From Neoechinorhynchus agilis (lineage: Eukaryota > Animalia > Acanthocephala): 64,000 nt of DNA. Under the pieces are notes generated by a model. The model had not been told where the DNA came from. It searched no databases and was given only the letters and a program-made list of their open reading frames with translations. Positions 36,801 to 48,119 of this stretch are shown here, piece after piece; positions within the stretch are counted from its first letter, which is position 1; each line of letters starts with the position of its first letter. The position numbers and the translations under genes were made by a program. The stretch spans positions 9,526,784-9,590,783 of the forward strand of contig CM121341.1 of assembly GCA_051530055.1 (NCBI GenBank), in the 5' to 3' direction.

Positions 36801-39034
36801 TAATAAAACTCGAGCAGTGTAACAATTCGCCATTGAGAATACACATCCATTCGAAGGAACAATTGAATAGAATTAAAATATTCTCGAAATGAACTTTTGT
36901 TTATCATAAAATTTGTTTACTGAAATATCCCGAATTATGATCACCACAATCTTATTTCGAGAATAATTTTGTTTGCTCATTCAAAATATTATTCTCAATG
37001 GCGAATTGTTACACACTCGAGCTGAGGCCTTGAAGATTCGCAATGAAGAGTTCAATAATAAAACTCGAAGTGTTACAATTCGCCATTGAGAATACACATC
37101 CATTCGAAGGAACAATTGAATAGAATTAAAATATTATCGAAATGAACTTTTGTTTATCATAAAATTTGTTTACTGAAATATCCCGAATTATGATCACCAC
37201 AATCTTATTTCGAGAATAATTTTGTTTACTCATTCAAAATATTATTCTCAATGGCGAATTGTTACACACTCGAGCTGAGGCCTTGAAAATTCGCAATGAA
37301 GATTTCAATAATAAAACTCGAGCAGTGTAACAATTCGCCATTGAGAATACACATCCATTCGAAGGAACAATTGAATAAAAATATTATCGAAATGAACTTT
37401 TGTTTATCATAAAATTTGTTTACTGAAATATCCCGAATTATGATCACCACAATCTTATTTCGAGAATAATTTTGTTTACTCATTCAAAATATTATTCTCA
37501 ATGGCGAATTGTTACACACTCGAGCTGAGGCCTTGAAGATTCGCAATGAAGATTTCAATAATAAAACTCGAGCAGTGTAACAATTCGCCATTGAGAATAC
37601 ACATCCATTCGAAGGAACAATTGAATAGAATTTAAATATTCTCGAAATGAACTTTTGTTTATCATAAAATTTGTATACTGAAATATCCCGAATTATGATC
37701 ACCACAATCTTATTTCGAGAATAATTTTGTTTACTCATTCAAAATATTATTCTCAATGGTGAATTGTTACACACTCGAGCTGAGGCCTTGAAGATTCGCA
37801 ATGAAGAGTTTAATAATAAAACTCGAGCAGTGTAACAATTCGCCATTGAGAATACACATCCATTCGAAGGAACAATTGAATAGAACAAGAATATTCGTTA
37901 AAAGCCACTGTTCACCAAAAAGCTCCCCCCTAACTGATAAAATTTTATTGCAATCGTTCATACCTCGAAGTGAGTGCAAGAATGCACACGGCACCGTTTA
38001 GATTGAACGTTTGAATGTCCAAAAATCCGCTACAGTCATCTGATGCGATGTCTTGCGCTCGATAAAGCTAGATTTCTTTAGTACTTCAAAAGTATCAATG
38101 AGAAACAAACTTCTTTTGCAACGAATTTAGGCCGTTTGGAACACAAACATTTGAACCCATAAATCGTGCCTAGTTTGAGTAAGGAAACGATTTATGGTAA
38201 ATAAAGAAACCGTATTGAGTTCCAATGACACATCCAACGTTTTCTTTGCAAGTAACAAATCCCACACAGGTTGGTAGAGCTATCTAATCAAAGGTTTGTT
38301 TTCAAATGTTCACGGCCGTGCAATTGAACCATTGGCATTTCCGTTATGTGAGGTCCGAAATGATTATGAGGTTGAGAGTAACAGACCCGCCGTCTTTGTT
38401 TAGACTGATCATCGTATACGATCAGTGCCACATGAACTCCATCGGTTGAGCAGTAGCATGACTTGGCGACCATTGCACTCGGTACGAGGTATTCTATAAT
38501 CGGATCCAAAATACAATCGAATTAGAAATCAAAGAACTTTATTTTTCTTTTCAAAATTTCACTACTGATTTATTTCACCTTAGATAATTCCGACATTCTA
38601 CTAAGATTGGTCATTGTAAATTAATCTAATCGACTAGATGTGTGAATTTAAATCAGAGGAGTGACAAAAAAACCACAACAAGAACTATCTTTTTCTCCGA
38701 AAACAATCGAATTAGAAATCATAGAACCTTCGATTTGATCGTTTTTCGATAGATTACGATAGTATAAACTACGGCCATTGAGCACCATGTACACGTGGTT
38801 GTTCGCAACAACCATATCGTCGATTTGGCGATCGGATCTAATGAAATGCGGCCGAGAAACAAAATCCTCCCACTTACCTAAACTTGACTTTTTGTATAGT
38901 GAATATCTTTTCATCTTCTTCAACCAAATCTTCCTAAAATTCGTTTAAGCGTGAATAAGAGAAAACATATTATGGCCACTTACCTCCCAAAACGGATTCG
39001 ACGAATGACATAATTTATCAATTTGATTGGACAT
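30841..39034 (-). CDS. VPS18: Vacuolar protein sorting 18 (Pep3/deep orange), multi-exon
   Basis: Exon 1 MSNQIDKL..FWE joins EDLVEEDEKIFTIQKVKF(R)SDRQIDDMVVANN via GT-AG introns. Further matches: LTQYHCVVL, VKDVIKGVLWAHSQTSVYRF..FDEAINAC, FDIRQVLPRL..AIDYLEFC-like..VHNLLLALY and a C-terminal RING-H2 (CSKC..LCRHLYHESC..CLICG). Confidence 0.88.
35340..37890. repeat. Tandem array D, about 255-bp unit, about 10 copies, inside a VPS18 intron
   Basis: AATACACATCC anchor spacings are 250-255. Each unit has two internal inverted repeats. Confidence 0.97.
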
Positions 39035-39104
39035 GTCTGGAACGGAGTTTAAAAGCAATCATTTCTTCAAAAAAAGAATGCATTTGTTACTTTTGTGTAT
39101 TTAT

Positions 39105-40420
39105 TAACCGTTTTGAAGATTTAACTGTTAATGCCCTATTTTTATGGCCTAAAAATTAAAGAAATTTATTAAGTCCGATTTTTTCCGGACGCCAATGTTG
39201 TGCCTCCGGAATATCGAATTTAATAAATTCCTTTAATTTTCCGTCGTAAAAAAAGGTCATTAAACCGTTTCGAAGATTTAACTCTTAATGTCCTATTTTT
39301 ATGGCCTAAAAAATTAAAGAAATTTATTAAGTCCGATTTTTTTCGGAAGTCAATGTTGTGCCTCCGATATATCGAATTCAATAAATTCCTTTAATTTTCA
39401 GTCGTAAAAAAAGGTCATTAAACCGTTTCGAAGATATAACTCTTAGTGTGCAATTTTTATGGCTCCGATTTTTTTCGGAAGCCAATATTGTGCCCCCGGA
39501 ATATCGAATTCAATAAATTCCTTTAATTTTCCGTCGTAAAAAAGGTCATTAAACCGTTTCGAAGATTTAACTCTTAGTGCCCTATTTTTATGGCCTAAAA
39601 AAATTAAAAAATTTTATTTAGTCCGATTTTTTCCGGAAGCCATCGAATTCAATAAATTCCTTTAATTTTCCGTCGTAAAAAAGTTCATTAAACCGTTTCG
39701 AAGATTTAACTCTTAATGCCCTATTTTTATGGCCTAAAAAATTAAAGAAATTTATTAAGTCCGATTTTTTTCGGAAGTCAATGTTGTGCCCCCGGAATAT
39801 CGAATTCAATAAATTCCTTTAATTTTCCGTCGTAAAAAAGTTCATTAAACCGTTTCGAAGATTTAACTCTTAATGCCCTATTTTTATGGCCTAAAAAATT
39901 AAAGAAATTTATTAAGTCCGATTTTTTTCGGAAGTCAATGTTGTGCCCCCGGAATATCGAATTCAATAAATTCCTTTAATTTTCCGTCGTAAAAAAGTTC
40001 ATTAAACCGTTTCGAAGATTTAACTCTTAATGCCCTATTTTTATGGCCTAAAAAATTAAAGAAATTTATTAAGTCCGATTTTTTTCGGAAGTCAATGTTG
40101 TGCCCCCGGAATATCGAATTCAATAAATTCCTTTAATTTTCCGTCGTAAAAAAGTTCATTAAACCGTTTCGAAGATTTAACTCTTAATGCCCTATTTTTA
40201 TGGCCTAAAAAATTAAAAAAATTTATTAAGTCCGATTTTTTCCGGAAGCCAATGTTGTGCCCCCGGAATACCGAATTCAATAAATTCCTTTAATTTTCAG
40301 CCGTAAAAAAAGGTCATTAAACCGTTTCGAAGATTTAACTCTTAGTGCCCTATTTTCCCCCCTTTTTTTCGGACGCCAATATTGTGCCCCCGGAATATCG
40401 AATTCAATAAATTCCTTTAA
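39105..40420. repeat. Tandem array E, 157-bp unit, about 8 copies with eroded edges
   Basis: Identical spurious ORFs at 39778, 39935 and 40092 give the period. Each unit has the inverted pair AATAAATTCCTTTAATTTT / AAAATTAAAGAAATTTATT. Confidence 0.95.
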
Positions 40421-41149
40421 TCTTCAGACCAATTTCTGTAAAACAACAAAAGGATTTTCCTTTATAACGTTTGTTTATTTTAACCCAAACCACGGAAGAA
40501 TCACAAACGTCACCATTTTGAACAAGATTGTGACGTCATATCAGTTAGCAACTTGGAAGATGTATCGACTCCGTCTTCTCGGACCGAGAGTGGAAATAAC
40601 GGAAGTGTTCTGTATTTAGGCGTTTATTCAACAAAAAAACCGCGAACTAACAATCTAGCAAATGGACGGGTGCACGTACACGATCAGTATATGTGTAATG
40701 CGCACTGTCGTCGTCACATTCACCATCACAGGGAGACGAAGGCACCGGTGGTGAATGTTTCGTTAGAGACGGTCTTTATATTTTTACTGTCGTTTGTTTG
40801 ATGATGCGTATTAAATACTTGTAAAAAAACTTCTTTGTTTTATGGCGAAAAAATTAAAGTGATTTTAATTTAAAATCCGAAATTTCGGTACATTGTTTTC
40901 GAAGAAAAATTCGAGTAATTACTCCATCATTTCAGTTTCTTCGCCATAAAACAGAAGATTGATTGGTTGTCGAAATGCTCCGGAAATATCTCTATATGAA
41001 CAGTTTAATTTTCAAACACAAAAATCTTCAGTTTACTGCGATAAGATTGAGAGGCGTTTTGATTGTCTGTTGAAAATTTTATAATGGCATTCAGTGGTGA
41101 GTGGGAGAAAATCAACGGTTCAAATTTTAGACGCTCTTCTCCGTGAAAC

Positions 41150-43010
41150 ATTTCAAGACGACGGATTAGCGATTTGGATAGTTTGCAGAAGACGGGATAA
41201 CCGTAGGTGAGGGAGTCTAAAATAAAGCAGAAGTAAAATTTGTAGAGATCGGGATTTCAAGTTTGATTGAAATTGGAAACGCGGAATTCTGAGAGTGGTG
41301 ACTCGTTGGACGTTGCGGGAGAATGAAGGGATCAAAGTTTGTGATTGGTGCTGAAATCTATTATTTGTGTGTTTGAGTGGTGGGACGAACGTGAGATCAT
41401 CGACATAAAAGAAAAGTTTAGAGTAGAAGAGAAGATAGGTTTAAGGTCGTTTAAGAAAATATTAGTCACAAGAACATAGGACCCCAATGGATCCAACTAT
41501 TTTTATCCGGTAATGGAGAATAAAGATGTTTCCTATCGGAACTTTTATAACTTGGAAATTTTTGTGTAAGCCGAATTTAAACCAATTTGCATCTTTCGTG
41601 TTTCCTATGAAACCTGCTCGTTCGCGGATTTACTGTTTTAACGCAAAGATGATCGACGAATGTAAATACTAGACGGCACCTTGAGGTACGTCTTTGGTAA
41701 TCGAGGAGGTAGAACGGCAGTGAATGTATTGTTTGCGATTGTGAAGATAAGATTCGAACCAGTGGATCTGTTACAAGTTAAGACAAAGAGTGAATGGTAT
41801 ACGGAATCGAATGCTTTCGATAAGTCCAGTTGAATGAGACAGGTGATGTGAGTTAGATGTGAGGTGCCGAAAAAATTGTGCCAGAAGACGAATTGTAAAG
41901 GCAATAGTTTTTGCTTTGAAGATGAGTTTTGAAACATGCTGTTGTAATTATAAAGAAAAATCATCATTTCCGAGCAGTTCTCTCATTCAACGGCTGCTCG
42001 AGTGTCTGTGCCGCTCCCTGATTGTCGACGCTCGTATAAACCGAGACAATATCAAAACACATAACCTGGCTACCATTTAAGTCATTGCATCGCACATTCA
42101 GAGAATTAAGTAAGCCCTCTACATTTTGCCAAAATGAATTCGTTCTTTGACGCTAGGAAGTGAGATAATCGGTACGCTGGCCCACTGACTGCCGAAATAA
42201 TCGGTATGCACTTAAGCAAAGTCGCTGTTGTCGATGTTATAGGTTTTTAGCCATCAGATACATCACGGGCTCTTGCGGCTATCAACTCACGAAATAATAA
42301 CACGTTTTATTAAAGCCAAAAGAATAGAACCCATGTACCTTTGGGTCCTCATGAACACTACAGTTCTGATTTTTTTTAAATGAATGTGGCAGTTGATTTT
42401 GGAGTGTGGATTACAGGTCCGGTCGGACGGCGAAATATCCAATCAGGTTAGGAAGGTTGGTGGTTAAAAATACAAAAGGTCAAGAGGACCCATGTACCTT
42501 TGGGTCCTCATCCGTTAATATTTGAATGTGCAGTCGAGGGATGTCCGTTCGGAAGGTAATATCTGGTCGGAGGGATGTCTATTCGGGTAGGAACAATCCA
42601 GTTGGGGACGGTTCGTTGGGGTGAGGATGCGTCCGTTCGTTTGAGAATATTCGGTCGGGTTGGAAGGTCCGTTCTGGTCGGGAAGTTGATGGTTATTGTT
42701 TACAAGAGAGCTTGTGAGATTGGTCTTTCCTCAGGCCCATTTTAAGTTCTGGTATCCGAGAAGATTGGGCAGCATGAAAAAGGAGCGTAGATATAGGGAG
42801 GTGCGAGATATAGGAGGGTGAACCGAATTAGGATTATGAGTGTTGTGCTCGTGTGAGAAGGGGAGAAATTGGGGTGGTGGGGTTGAGAGGGTTTTTGATT
42901 GTTTAATGAAAACAGCATCAAGGCATTCGGTGAGAGGGGAAAGTAAGCTGTGCAAACGGATCTGCCACAGGTTGAGACCAAAATCGGAGCAGGCCCGGAG
43001 AAGGAATGAA
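41150..43010 (-). mobile_element. Decayed CR1/L2-type LINE remnant with foreign inserts
   Basis: Shows the APE tail (SDFGLNL.Q, TECLDAVF, NSVHPPI), RT motif LIQLDLSKAFDSV and an L2-like C-terminus (TTLRIPR..LKSRS..LPHLR). Heavily interrupted. Confidence 0.6.
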
Positions 43011-43014
43011 TGGT

Positions 43015-43138
43015 TGCTGTTCAACTTCTTGCTCTTCAATTTACAATCGTCCTTCCGTTCTGTCATATATTTAGCAAGATCTCACAGTAATTTCTAAATC
43101 TCATGATATCTTCAATGAAATACGAATCGGCTTTTCCC
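43015..43138. repeat. 124-bp direct repeat, copy 1 (copy 2 at 45428-45551), flanking the LRR gene
   Basis: TGCTGTTCAACTTCTTGCTC...CTTTTCCC recurs at offset 2413 with about 5 mismatches. Confidence 0.92.
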
Positions 43139-43662
43139 TCACTCTGCTTTTAAATTGCGCAAGTGCGTTTTTTCAGCTCGATTTAGATTCGCTTTAAGTT
43201 TCGGATCCTTGAAACGATTAGTAAGAACTTCCATAACCCCCTTGCCAGGAGCAAACGTCTCTCGATGTAACACCAATTTAAATCTACTTTTAAAAAATAC
43301 AGTAAACGGCTAAGATTTTAACCAACAATAGAAATAAAATGAATGGCCGTAAGGATTTTCGATACTTTGCACGGAATGTAAGAAAAAACAGGGAAGGAAA
43401 ACGAGAATGAGCAAAGCTGTGGTACATGAACATGACACCGGATTGTTATTGCATGCTCATTGATTTGGAAATCCTATGACTTTAATAACGCAATTTCGTG
43501 ATTTAAGCGCACAACTCCACAGTAAAGCGCCATTAAAATTATTGTTTGAAGATTCAACTATTTTCCTCAGAAATGTGCTGAAATATCCGAATTGATAAAT
43601 GCTTTTAATTTTTACGCCTAAACAAGCATTAAATGTATTGACATTTTTTAAATTTATGAATT

Positions 43663-44877
43663 TTAATAGTAATAATAATCAGTATCCAATACAAGACTTG
43701 TCATGGGTGCAAGAATATGATCCGGAATAGTAGACGCTGAATTTCCGCCATAGAACAGTTTTTTAATCTCGGTGAGACCTTGGAAGGTATCATTGTGTAA
43801 TTCCGAAATCGAGTTGTTTCTTAGATCAAGAACCCTTAAATTAATCAGATTCGAGAACAAATTCGATGATAACTTCTTGATGTTGTTTTGATTTAAATAA
43901 AGTTGATGTAGATTCGTCCATTTTTCAAAATCAGATCCATTTACAATACTGATATTGTTATTTGCAAGACTAAGAGCTAATATATTATCATTAGTCTGTT
44001 GGTTACCAATCGGCACTCTTTCCAATTTGCCTTCTTTAAATTGCAAAATTTTCAGCTTAGGTAAGTTTTGAAGATTGGAAACATTAAATATCGTACTATT
44101 CGATTTTATTACATTCAATTCTAACAGTTGCGGTAGGTTCAGACTTTTGATTAATTGATTAAGATCACCGTGGAAATCGATTCGAAGATATTTGAGCTGT
44201 GGTAAAGCGCGGTGATCGATTGCAACCGATGCGATTGCGTTTCCCTGCAGATCAAGAAGCATAAGGTTTTGGAAACAAGTTGCGTTGTCAATATCCAGTG
44301 AAGTTATCTTATTTTCACTCAGGATTAAGATAGAAAGCGAGCAGATCTTTTTGATTACTCCAAGACTTGACAGTTTACTAGAACGAATAGAGAGAATTTC
44401 AAGATTAGGAAGTTTTGCTCCAAATGAGTCATCCAGTTGTGCCATCTCTCCGCCAAAAATTGTTAAATCCTTGAGCTCTGGAAGCGAATTCATGAATTCC
44501 ATTTCACTTATGTTCATATTTATCAACTCAAGAATCTCAATGTTATATAACTTGTTTGTACATATCCCAGTACATATCCCATATTCCCCCGAAGGCGGAT
44601 ATCCAAGCCTTAGAATGGTAACGTTTGTTAGAATGTTCGATAGATTTGTTGGAATTTCATTGATACCAACACCTGCAATTGAAAGACTGACAATTGATTC
44701 ATTTGCTTTCGAATTTAAAGCATCAATAAGTGTAGTGGCATTGGCATTGTTTGAACCACACTGAATCGCAAAATCCACTTCGATCGAATGTATGATAGCG
44801 CATTGTTCTGACAGTCTCTCATCTCCGTAAACCAGTAGACCAAATAAAAAACTTAACACAAAGAGTTGGATACTCAT
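43663..44877 (-). CDS. Secreted/cell-surface leucine-rich-repeat protein
   Basis: 404-aa uninterrupted ORF with a hydrophobic signal peptide, an N-terminal Cys cap and repeated LxxLxLxxN units (e.g. LHQLYLNQNNI, LRVLDLRNNSI). There is no LRR-CT or TM in the ORF, so the 3' end may be incomplete. Confidence 0.85.
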   Translation of the reverse strand: MSIQLFVLSFLFGLLVYGDERLSEQCAIIHSIEVDFAIQCGSNNANATTLIDALNSKANESIVSLSIAGVGINEIPTNLSNILTNVTILRLGYPPSGEYGICTGICTNKLYNIEILELINMNISEMEFMNSLPELKDLTIFGGEMAQLDDSFGAKLPNLEILSIRSSKLSSLGVIKKICSLSILILSENKITSLDIDNATCFQNLMLLDLQGNAIASVAIDHRALPQLKYLRIDFHGDLNQLIKSLNLPQLLELNVIKSNSTIFNVSNLQNLPKLKILQFKEGKLERVPIGNQQTNDNILALSLANNNISIVNGSDFEKWTNLHQLYLNQNNIKKLSSNLFSNLINLRVLDLRNNSISELHNDTFQGLTEIKKLFYGGNSASTIPDHILAPMTSLVLDTDYYYY

Positions 44878-45427
44878 TGCAAGATTTTAGTCGAGGAATT
44901 TGAGTCTTGTTTCGCGTTTTATACCAATTTTTTTTAGAAATTTTTGACTCGTATCTCACTTCGAATTCGTTCTTAACTTTTTGAGATATGACAGATACAT
45001 GATGTCCACGTCCGTGACTATGTCTTTTCTATCTTGATTTTCTCAAAGCCTCAAAAAGTTTTAAATTGACAGTTTTAAAGTTAAAAAGAACATTTGCACA
45101 TCTTCAAAAATAATAAAACCAAATAATTTTTCATCTATTTTTGTCCACTACATTCTTATATAATTTTTCTCAGTGGTGTTAATTAAAGCTCCTAATATTT
45201 TTATTCACCTCGGGAAAATCATAAAATTAACTTGGGAAAAAGATTATAGTACTTGCATTTAAAATGCCATAAATTAAAATTTTGAACCGTAATGAATTTC
45301 TAACCTTTATTAAAGACGAATAAAGTTTTGGATTTGACTAGTGGATACATCACGGGCACCCGCAACGGTCCATGCATGAAGCCACTCATTCCTTTCAAAT
45401 CTCTTGCGGCTATCAATTCACAAAAGA

Positions 45428-45551
45428 TGCTGTTCAACTTCTTGCTCTTCAATTTACAATCGTCCTTCCGTTCTGTCATATATTTAGCAAGATCTCACAG
45501 TAATTCCTCCATCTCATGATATCTTCAATGAAATACGAATCGACTTTTCCC
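45428..45551. repeat. 124-bp direct repeat, copy 2
   Basis: Matches 43015-43138. Its upstream part 45344-45421 also matches 42257-42290. Confidence 0.92.
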
Positions 45552-45868
45552 GTGTGATCTTGTTTGTCGTTTTGGCTCTTGGTCTTAGATGCGATAAAGT
45601 GTTGGTGAAACGTCTGGGAATTAAATCAGTGATCATTAGCAAAAAGAAGCGAGAAATGAAGACAGTTTGTAATTTACCAACCCGTGTTTTTCAGCTTTTT
45701 CGATCGAGTTTAACCTTCCGATCGAATATAGAAATTCTAGTTGATAATTTCATGTTTTCGAGATTAAAACGAAGCTTTTACCTTCGTTTTAATCTCGAAT
45801 ATTAAATATTTTTAACATAAACTTTTACAGAAAATCCATGCTTGTTTGGTTTATTTACCGAAAACGAT

Positions 45869-47210
45869 TTATTTCTTATAAGATGGTTTACCAAACACCT
45901 GCCGTGTATCTTTGTGTCTCGGACGTCGTTTCTTGGAAGACCTTGTTTCCTTCTTCTTATTCATAATAGGTGATATCCTCAGCTGTCGCCCTTTAAACTT
46001 CAATTTTGGATTCAAAATAGCTAGATCCGGTCCTGCATTGGTCTAAACAAGTGCACCTTTCAATGAAGACGTCTTCTATAATGTAAAACCTTTAGAGACC
46101 TTGAAAGCAACATAAGCAAATCCCTTTCCTTCTCCGGTTATCTGATCGCGAATAACACGTACATTTTCAACTTCCTCCTTGTACTTTTTCTCAAATAGCG
46201 AATGTAGATCTTCTTCGTCCGCGTCAAATGGAACATTTCCCACAAAAACGCTCTTGTCTATTATCTTTTGACTGCGTTTCTATGAGGTTACTCTCAGAGA
46301 TGACTAGTTTAAAAAAAGGTTATTGCCTTATCTGAGGATGTTCTATCGACGCGTAAATGACGATCTTCAAACAAATGACCATTCAGCTCAAGTGCCCGGG
46401 TCACGGCTATATCAGAAGCGAACTTTATGTAGTAGATGACTGATTTGACAACATCGCTGGTACGGTCCCTTTGGGCAAGAGTTCATCGTAGGTGAGTATT
46501 GAGAAGATTCTCGATTAAAATTTTGAATTTTAGCTAAAGATTCGAATCAACTGGAATTTAGTTGCTCTCTTTTTTCATCTAGTCGCTGAAAGTGCATTGA
46601 TTTACTGAATGAATTTAACGCATTTTTCTTTTTAACGTCGTTCTACAATCAGCGATCGGAACCACTGATTCACTATAACTAATCTCTTTTACTTTGCGAG
46701 CACCACTAAAAAAATCCGGCTATGCCAATGTATAAATACTTACGTTACCAAAGCGAGCCGTTTATGGATAGTCGGTTTTTCTGGAATCTAGGCGTGAAGC
46801 ATTGGTAGTAATTGAAGGTGTTAATAAGACTCACCAATCCACGCAAACGGATGCTCTTAATTTCTCCACATGAGCTAAAAAGATTCTTAATCTCCTAAAC
46901 AGCTTACATTCATGAAACCAGTGGCACAATCACTTACTTTCTTAGTGACCGATCTAGCCACATTCCCAACAAATACTGTAAATTTATCCCTTTCATCTTC
47001 GTCTTTCCATCTCAGTTTAGCCTTCTTTTCTTTGAATGCCGTTCGTTCACGCTCTTCGGTCCTCTTGTGAGCGCTTCGTTTTGACTGTCTATTAATCTTC
47101 GGTGGTTCAGTGATCGATTCCGTTACTGCTTCATTACTGGCATTTGACCTTTTTACTCTCTCTAACCACTTTGGTATTTTCTTTTTGCCGAACATCGCAT
47201 CAATATCCAT
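45869..47210 (-). CDS. RBM34: RNA-binding protein with two RRMs (RBM34/Nop12-like), multi-exon
   Basis: RRM1 TVFVGNV..KNLFSSCGEIKSIRLRGL|IPEKPTIHKRLAL..GHLFEDRHLRVD. RRM2 SVFVGNVPFDADEEDL..VRVIRD..TGEGKGFAYV..FKGRQLRI. Short GT-AG introns are visible. Confidence 0.8.
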
Positions 47211-47408
47211 TTCTAGTCTGAAAATATGTGCATAATTTTTTATATACACATTACTAAAGCAAATGGTGAAGTGCTCCCTTTTAAAAGTTTCGAAACTCGT
47301 AAAGATTCCCGAAAAACGCTTTCAAGTGCGGCTTACGATCATTAAGTGAACCCACGAACACTTCTTTAGCTTATGGTTTCTTCTATTGGACAACAAAGTA
47401 GTCACTCA

Positions 47409-47664
47409 TCATTCTCTGAATCCAACTACTCCTACCATTGCCATCTCCTCTTCAATAACCGTCTTTCTATGTTCGTTCATCAACTCAACTAATCTCCTTG
47501 CAGCTCCTTCTACAACTTTATTGTACCGAATCTTCTCGAACTAACAAGATCCAGCACTTTGTTTGGTGATTCTGCGCCATTTTTAATTCATTCTTCATTT
47601 CTTCAAGCATAGAACGCATTTGTGCAATCTTCTTTAACTTAAATGCGGTTGAATTTAACTCCAT
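47409..47664 (-). CDS. Small two-segment coding candidate with G-protein gamma (GGL)-like pattern
   Basis: Segment 1 is MELNSTAFKLKKIAQMRSMLEEMKNELKM. Segment 2, in another frame, is FEKIRYNKVVEGAARRLVELMNEH..GFRE*. The join needs a 37-nt GC-AG intron or an indel. No CAAX seen. Confidence 0.3.
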
Positions 47665-48119
47665 TGTCTAAAATCGGTATGGAAATGAAGAAAAATTAGT
47701 CATTTTAATGCCAAGTTTCAACAGAATGGGAAAATCGTTTGCTCGCTACGTGTAGGAAAGTATATGAAATATTCGCGATTGGACATTTCACGTGTTTCCA
47801 GTGAGATGGCAGATTTCATTTCGTACACTTGGCGCTAAGAGATTTTGTTCGGAAAAGCGGATTTGGAATGGCTAAAAGAAAGTTTCAATGATACTTGGCT
47901 TTAATAGTCCTTGAAAAAGGAAGCAAATAGATACAATTTTTTTACGCCGACATTTGTGATCCTATTTCTTTTGTTTTATTTTTAATAGAAAAACCAGTTT
48001 GCTTCAGATGCTATTCTATGAGATATAATAAAACCACAACCACCACCCACGGATTCATCGCTAGAAAGCTAAGTTTCATCCTCGCCACGCATTTCAATTC
48101 ACAAACAAGGGGAATGGAC

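Noticed and set aside
30841-39034. VPS41 assignment for the RING-H2/clathrin-repeat gene
   Set aside because: Internal exons (LTQYH, VKD..LWAHS..F, LEFC..HNLLLALY) match VPS18 rather than VPS41.
41000-41035. Minus-strand CTGAAGA..GAAAATTA motif (similar weak hits at 16440-16475, 53613 and 61600-61630)
   Set aside because: Helix II cannot form, so these are indistinguishable from chance in AT-rich DNA.
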